This document shows, piece after piece, positions 34,062-39,053 of a stretch of DNA of 39,053 nt. Each line of letters begins with the position of its first letter. Positions within the stretch are counted from its first letter, which is position 1. The stretch covers positions 1 through 39,053 of the forward strand of contig CAYOPA010000003.1 in assembly GCA_964405625.1 (NCBI GenBank), given 5' to 3'. The notes under the pieces are model-generated. The model was given only the letters and a program-made list of their open reading frames with translations, was not told the DNA's origin and searched no databases. This stretch comes from an uncultured Bryobacterales bacterium (GTDB lineage Bacteria > Acidobacteriota > Terriglobia > Bryobacterales > UBA6623). Made by a program: the position numbers and the translations under genes.

Positions 34062-34945
34062 CTCGATTGAGCTCCCGCGGGCGCCGGCGCCGCCTTGCCT
34101 TCCATCGCGGACATCGCCAGTGCCAAGCCGTACAGAATGGCAAATCCGCAGAGAAACACGATCCAGCCGGAGAAGGAATGGAAAAAACCCTCCGCCAACT
34201 CCGGATCCTGTCGCGCCATCAGGGCCGTCACCACGATGCGCACGACGTTCATAAAGACCGCCGTCGGGATCGCGAGCAGTACGAGCAGCGTGCGCGCCAG
34301 AGTGCTGCGGCAGATAAAGAAGCCGATCACCAATCCGAGCACCGTCAGCGAAGACATGCTCCGCAGTCCGCTGCACGCTTCGGCCACCCCCAACGAGATC
34401 TCGGCCAAGTTCATGATGTTGCCGTCGCGGTAGACCGGGATTCCGAGCACCTGCAAGGCCTGGCTGGCGACTGCCGAAGACCACAACTGCAGCGGTGTGG
34501 CCATCTTGTTGTAGAGAATCTGCGGCAGCGGCACCATCGTCGCCAACAATACCAGCGAAAAGAGCATCCGTTTGAGGCGGCCAAAACCCCAGAAAGTCAA
34601 AATCAGCCCGGTCAGAATGATGACAATCGACATCCGAGTCAGAAAGAATTCGGCGCCCAGCTTGCCGATCAGCAGGACCAGGCATCCGAAGGCGGTGACC
34701 ACCAGGCCGCGAGCGTCCTGTCGGCCTGGAACGGCCAAGATCTCGTCCTTTTGGATCCAAGCGATGTAGGCCGCCAACGGCGGGATGAGGATGCCATGCG
34801 AATAGGCGTCGTCGGTCATCCAGACCTCGAACATCGACGGTACGACATCCCAGTACAACGCGACCAGCAGGCCCGTGACCGCCGCCAACGGAAACCAGGG
34901 AAGATTCTTCCAGTCAATTTGCAGCGTGGCTTCGGATTGATTCAT
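34058..34945 (-). CDS. Exosortase (EpsH family) (295 aa)
   Basis: YSHGILIP, GIPVYRDGN, VAEACSGLRS (Cys), NVVRI (Arg), FHSFSGW (His); multi-TM; start at MNQSEAT. Confidence 0.95.
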   Translation of the reverse strand: MNQSEATLQIDWKNLPWFPLAAVTGLLVALYWDVVPSMFEVWMTDDAYSHGILIPPLAAYIAWIQKDEILAVPGRQDARGLVVTAFGCLVLLIGKLGAEFFLTRMSIVIILTGLILTFWGFGRLKRMLFSLVLLATMVPLPQILYNKMATPLQLWSSAVASQALQVLGIPVYRDGNIMNLAEISLGVAEACSGLRSMSSLTVLGLVIGFFICRSTLARTLLVLLAIPTAVFMNVVRIVVTALMARQDPELAEGFFHSFSGWIVFLCGFAILYGLALAMSAMEGKAAPAPAGAQSR

Positions 34946-34971
34946 GAGACGGGCGCTCTCTCCAAGCCGCG

Positions 34972-36363
34972 CTACTGACCGCGGCCCCACAGAATGATTT
35001 TAACTGTTTGGAGTACAATCGCTACATCGAAGAAGATTGAAACGTTCTTCAAATAAAACAGGTCGTACTCGAGTTTTCTTAGCGCGTCCTCGACCGTTGC
35101 GCCGTAGGGATAGCAAATCTGAGCCCAGCCGGTGATGCCGGGCCGTAGCGTGTGGCGTTCATCGTAGAACGGAATTTCGGCGCGCAACCTTTCGACAAAC
35201 TCCGGTCTTTCCGGCCGCGGTCCGACCAAGCTCATTTCGCCGCGAATAACGTTGATGAACTGTGGCAGCTCGTCAAAGCGGTACTTGCGCAGGAAGCCGC
35301 CGATGCGCGTTACGCGGGGATCGTCCTTCTGCGCCCAGCGAGCTACACCGTCTGCTTCGGCGTCCTCGCGCATCGTGCGGAACTTCATCAACTGAAAGCA
35401 GCGTCCCTCGTGCCCGACCCGGATCTGGCGGAACAGCATCGGTCCTTTCGAGTCCAGCCGGACGCAAATTCCGACGACGACCATGGTAGGCAGCGACAGG
35501 CACAGGCCGACCAAGCCCATCGCCAGATCGATAACCCGCTTGAACGCCGAGGCGTACCGTGAGCGGCGAAAGCCCTCGGAAAAGAGGAACCAGGAAGATG
35601 GGATGGTCTCGATCGCCACCCGGCCGGTGAGCGCGGCTAGCATGGCGCGGGCGTCTTCGATCGCCACGCCGCGGGTGCGGGCGCGCAACAGGCCCGGCGT
35701 GGGCGTGATTTCCGATTGATCCAGAGCAACGATCAGCTTCTCCACCGTGTAGGTTTGCAGGATCTGGTCGAGGTCGTTGATGTGGCCCAGAACGTCGAGG
35801 TCATGGCCGCCGCCACGCCGGTCGCGGTCCGTCTCGATGAATCCGACGACGCGCATGTTCAGGTCGGCCCGGCGGCCGATCTCCACGGCGGTGGTCCGGG
35901 CCAAATCGTGCGCTCCCACCAGCGCCACGTTCAATTTGGGAACGGCCCCGTGCCAGAAGCGGTCGGTCAGCCAGCGCACGATCAAGGAAAACAGCAGCAT
36001 CAGCCCGACGCCGACGCCGAAGACGCCTCGCCCGAGCCGCAGTTCAGGCACGGCGAAGTAAAGCGCGGCCAATCCGAAACAGGCCACGCCCATCGCCTGC
36101 GCGAGGCGAAAGAACTCATCGCCGACGCTGCCGAGTGTGGCTTGTGCGTAAACGTCGTTATAGTAGGCGCACACCAAGAACCCGAGTAGCACCACGGCCA
36201 GGCGGTAGCCGAAATCCGGCATCGTGGTTGCGAAGGCGAAAGTTTCCGGATCGTCGGCGCGCAGGTAGGTCGCTAGCACGAACGCGACAACTCCGGCCGA
36301 TAGGTCAGCCACGAAGAGTAAGAATGCCTTTCGTGAGACGTACTGGCTGAAAATCCGGAACAT
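34972..36363 (-). CDS. Priming sugar-phosphate transferase (WcaJ/GumD-like; PEP-CTERM-associated type)
   Basis: N-terminal TMs, Rossmann-like domain, [68 protein letters not shown]. Confidence 0.95.
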   Translation of the reverse strand: MFRIFSQYVSRKAFLLFVADLSAGVVAFVLATYLRADDPETFAFATTMPDFGYRLAVVLLGFLVCAYYNDVYAQATLGSVGDEFFRLAQAMGVACFGLAALYFAVPELRLGRGVFGVGVGLMLLFSLIVRWLTDRFWHGAVPKLNVALVGAHDLARTTAVEIGRRADLNMRVVGFIETDRDRRGGGHDLDVLGHINDLDQILQTYTVEKLIVALDQSEITPTPGLLRARTRGVAIEDARAMLAALTGRVAIETIPSSWFLFSEGFRRSRYASAFKRVIDLAMGLVGLCLSLPTMVVVGICVRLDSKGPMLFRQIRVGHEGRCFQLMKFRTMREDAEADGVARWAQKDDPRVTRIGGFLRKYRFDELPQFINVIRGEMSLVGPRPERPEFVERLRAEIPFYDERHTLRPGITGWAQICYPYGATVEDALRKLEYDLFYLKNVSIFFDVAIVLQTVKIILWGRGQ

Positions 36364-36428
36364 GGACCTTGTGCGACGGCTGCCACGAGGCCTCCATCAA
36401 GACGCCTCCGTCGCCTGTGGGAGAGGAC

Positions 36429-38723
36429 CTAGCGCAACTGCGCCGGGCTCCAGATGAATGAAGCTTGCATGCGGTGGATCGAGTTGTTGAAGAACAGACC
36501 GCGGAACGGCGATTCGAACTGGCCGAAATAATAGCTGGTCTGCAGTGCGCTGGTCGCCGTCACCCGGCGGCTGACTGCGAATCCGACCGTCTTCATGATC
36601 AGATTGTTCTCGCCGATGCCCACGAATCCAATATTGCCTTTCGAGTAGGCCGCGGTGGCGTTGGTCGACCACAGTGAGTCGCGGCTCATCCAACCCCAAC
36701 CGGCGCTGCCCCGCGTCGTGTGGCGGGCGCCCAACCCGAACGAGTCGCCCACCATGCGGCTGGCTTGCACGCGGAAGCGGTGTTGCCGCAGACGGTATGA
36801 CAAATTGCCGTTGGCGGTCCACGACGAAAACCCGCGCATCGGCAGCCCCAGTTGGGTCCCGTCGAAGCTCTCGTTGCGAAGCTCTCCGACGCTGATCGTT
36901 CCCACGCCGATGCCGCCACCGTAGTTCCATGAGCGGCCCAAACGTTGCGAAACGCTCACCGTGGACTGCTGCATTTCGTTCGACCGAAACGTGGAAAGCA
37001 TTTGGGCGCGGGTGTGGCCGACGCTGAGGTTGGTGCGACGGTTCAGCGCATAGCGCATCGAGCCGTTCGTCGAGACCCGACGAAGGTTCTGGATCCGGCC
37101 CAGCCCCATTCGGCTGACCCGCCTGCCGATGCTGGGATCGTCCAGCAACCGGGTGTCGTTGACCGCGCCGCTAAAGGCGAACGACAGTCGGGGGGAGTAG
37201 GCATAGCGCGCATTGGTCGAGGCTGAGACGTTGAGCAGCCGGCTCAAATCCAGCCCGCTTCCGCCCTCTTCCTCCACTACCGGAGACCCAGTCAAGATGG
37301 AGGCGAACTCATCGTCGGTGAGCTCGCCGGCTTCCACCATCCGGTAGAGCTCGTCAAAGGATGTCGGGCGATTTTCGACCGTGCTAAAGAGCGGCGTTTC
37401 GATCCAGAAGGCCTCCATGCCGGAGTTGTTGACCGACGCCGACCCGCCCAGCGTCCAGCGTCGCGAAAGTTGATGCCCGGCGTTGAACCGCATTCGGTGG
37501 TCGGTTGTATTCCACTCGCTGAACCGTGCGCGGCGGCTGTGGCTGGGCGTATAGCCGAAGCGGAAGTTCGATCGCTGAAAATTGCGAAGGTACCCGACGG
37601 TGCCGGCGGCGCCGTAGTCGTAATCCGAGCCCAGGCTGGTCATGATGTTGCGCTGGCTGGCGATTCCGTTGGAAGAGTATCCGCCGAAGAACGTCACGTT
37701 CTGCAGATAGAAGCCGGGAATGATCGACAACGTCTCTGAGGCCCGAGTAAGAGTGTCGTCGATTGAGGTGAAGTCGCTGCTGGGCTCGAAATAGCGTTCC
37801 TGGCCGGAGAGCGCGTTGCGGTAGGGCGAATCGGAGACCATCGACACGGCCGCCTGAGCCGCCGCGCTGTGCAGAGCCGTGTGAGCCCGCCGACGGGTTT
37901 CCTCAGTTGCGCCGACCGGGCTGGATTCCGTCGAATCGGCCTCCCTGGACGGGCCCTCCGATGCGGGTTGATCGGCGCCGCCCAGATTCGGGGCCGCGTT
38001 GGATTCCGGTGCGATCGTTCGCCGGGAGGGCGTGGTGGTAGCGGATTCGCCGCCCGTAGCGGACTCGGCGCCTCTCGCCGACGTCCCGAACGGCGACGAT
38101 TCGAATGCGGCGCCGCCGGTGGAAAGCTGTGGCGCGACCACCCGCGCCGGCGTCAAAGTGGACAGATCCACCACCGCGTCTTCATCATTTTCGTCCGCGT
38201 CTTCGTCCGCGGGCTTGGCTGGAGAGGCGTCCGGCAGCGGAGCGTCGGCTTGAGCCAGAAGAAGCAGCTCGGTAGGCTCGTTGTTTTCGGACGCGGCGAG
38301 ATGCCGCTCGCCTCTTGTCGGCTGGAATGCGGCCAAGGCCAATTCCGCGGCGCGAATGCGGGCCGCGCGCAACGCCAAGTCGCGGGAGACGCTGGAGTAG
38401 ACTTCAGCGGGCCCGGGCGCCGCCGTCAGCGCCGAGACGGCGGCCATGTCCGCCGCCGAGCGGCGGGCCGCCAAGCCGAGATCCTCGGATACAGCGGCCA
38501 ATTCACGCAAGGTTCCAATCTGCGGCGCCGCGGATTCCCCTGCGTCTCCCATCAGCCTGACTTCGCGCTCTTCCGCCTGGGCGGCCCGAACGCCTAGACC
38601 CCAAACGATCGGCGGTACTACGGTCAACGCGACGAGGAGCCTGTACAGCCGCCGCAACCCCACCTTCTTGGCTTGAACCGAGAGACTACATCCCTGCTGT
38701 TTCCTGCCGATGGTTAATTGCAT
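36429..38723 (-). CDS. Putative outer-membrane beta-barrel of the EPS locus with a long low-complexity N-terminal region
   Basis: SD GAGGGGGAG; signal-like segment; C-terminal about 430 aa of alternating aromatic/Gly/Ser strands (e.g. NGNLSYRL, LQTSYYF, QASFIW); directly upstream of the sugar transferase. Confidence 0.65.
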   Translation of the reverse strand: MQLTIGRKQQGCSLSVQAKKVGLRRLYRLLVALTVVPPIVWGLGVRAAQAEEREVRLMGDAGESAAPQIGTLRELAAVSEDLGLAARRSAADMAAVSALTAAPGPAEVYSSVSRDLALRAARIRAAELALAAFQPTRGERHLAASENNEPTELLLLAQADAPLPDASPAKPADEDADENDEDAVVDLSTLTPARVVAPQLSTGGAAFESSPFGTSARGAESATGGESATTTPSRRTIAPESNAAPNLGGADQPASEGPSREADSTESSPVGATEETRRRAHTALHSAAAQAAVSMVSDSPYRNALSGQERYFEPSSDFTSIDDTLTRASETLSIIPGFYLQNVTFFGGYSSNGIASQRNIMTSLGSDYDYGAAGTVGYLRNFQRSNFRFGYTPSHSRRARFSEWNTTDHRMRFNAGHQLSRRWTLGGSASVNNSGMEAFWIETPLFSTVENRPTSFDELYRMVEAGELTDDEFASILTGSPVVEEEGGSGLDLSRLLNVSASTNARYAYSPRLSFAFSGAVNDTRLLDDPSIGRRVSRMGLGRIQNLRRVSTNGSMRYALNRRTNLSVGHTRAQMLSTFRSNEMQQSTVSVSQRLGRSWNYGGGIGVGTISVGELRNESFDGTQLGLPMRGFSSWTANGNLSYRLRQHRFRVQASRMVGDSFGLGARHTTRGSAGWGWMSRDSLWSTNATAAYSKGNIGFVGIGENNLIMKTVGFAVSRRVTATSALQTSYYFGQFESPFRGLFFNNSIHRMQASFIWSPAQLR

Positions 38724-38852
38724 GCGGTCTCCCCCTCACGTCATCCGTCCGCCAGCCCTAAAGACGGGCCCATGCCCCGCCTCGGAGGCGACGGCGGGAG
38801 CCTGCTGCGGCGTCGCGCCCCGGCGCTGCGCAACCCTTGCGGACTCAGGGCG

Positions 38853-38861
38853 ATTATAACA
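38853..38861 (-). promoter_or_regulatory. Extended -10 promoter TGTTATAAT for the beta-barrel/sugar transferase/exosortase/epsI run
   Basis: Perfect TGnTATAAT about 130 nt upstream of ATG 38723 in otherwise GC-rich DNA. Confidence 0.65.
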
Positions 38862-38947
38862 CGGAGGGCCCCTGCTTCCGCACGCTATTTGCCGCCCAGC
38901 GCGCCAGCCGACAGTGCGCAGGTCGCGCACCATTTTCCAATCCCCAA

Positions 38948-38997
38948 ATGAGCCTGAAGGCGGGCAGTGATTCCAATGCGGGATGAGCCTGAAAGCG
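38948..38997. repeat. 15-bp direct repeat ATGAGCCTGAA(G/A)GCG, 35-bp period
   Basis: Copies at 38948-38962 and 38983-38997 with one mismatch. Confidence 0.6.
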
Positions 38998-39053
38998 AGG
39001 GAAGGGGTCCAGGAGAAGGGGGCGGCTTGAGCCCCTTTCCCCTGGTCAACCCG

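Noticed and set aside
34062-34760. 440-aa ORF suggesting a long EpsI or an exosortase-EpsI fusion
   Set aside because: The extension is an alternate frame inside the exosortase; the two genes are separate with an ATGA overlap.
1-39053. CRISPR array, integrase, transposase or prophage genes
   Set aside because: No regularly spaced repeat-spacer array and no recognisable recombinase, transposase or phage protein seen.

Overview
GC-rich bacterial DNA, most likely Acidobacteriota (Bryobacterales/Solibacter-like); this is inferred from the TIGR03437-type protein and the exosortase EPS locus. There are three blocks. (1) 1-18549 is the most interesting. A tightly packed minus-strand cluster encodes four paralogous single-pass membrane vWA proteins (signal peptide, MIDAS vWA, beta-sandwich stalk, TM, cytoplasmic FHA-like tail). 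These are followed by a 1108-aa tubulin/FtsZ-like (Tubulin_2/FtsZl1-type) GTPase, a second motif-degenerate tubulin paralogue with a TM hairpin, and a multi-TM protein with a degenerate SF2-helicase-like P-loop (missing from the ORF track, runs off the window). A Zn-ribbon/pseudokinase/TM/Ig-repeat receptor is transcribed divergently. (2) 18560-24593 holds ordinary metabolic genes (serine hydrolase, sulfatase, EamA, amidohydrolase, DHDPS-family aldolase), two copies of a REP-like double hairpin and tRNA-Lys(CTT). (3) 24610-38723 is a PEP-CTERM/exosortase-type EPS locus (heparinase II/III-like, short OPX, NHL+TIGR03437 protein, PrsT-like TPR lipoprotein, EpsI, exosortase, priming sugar transferase, OM beta-barrel). 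All calls come from reading motifs by eye; no searches were run.
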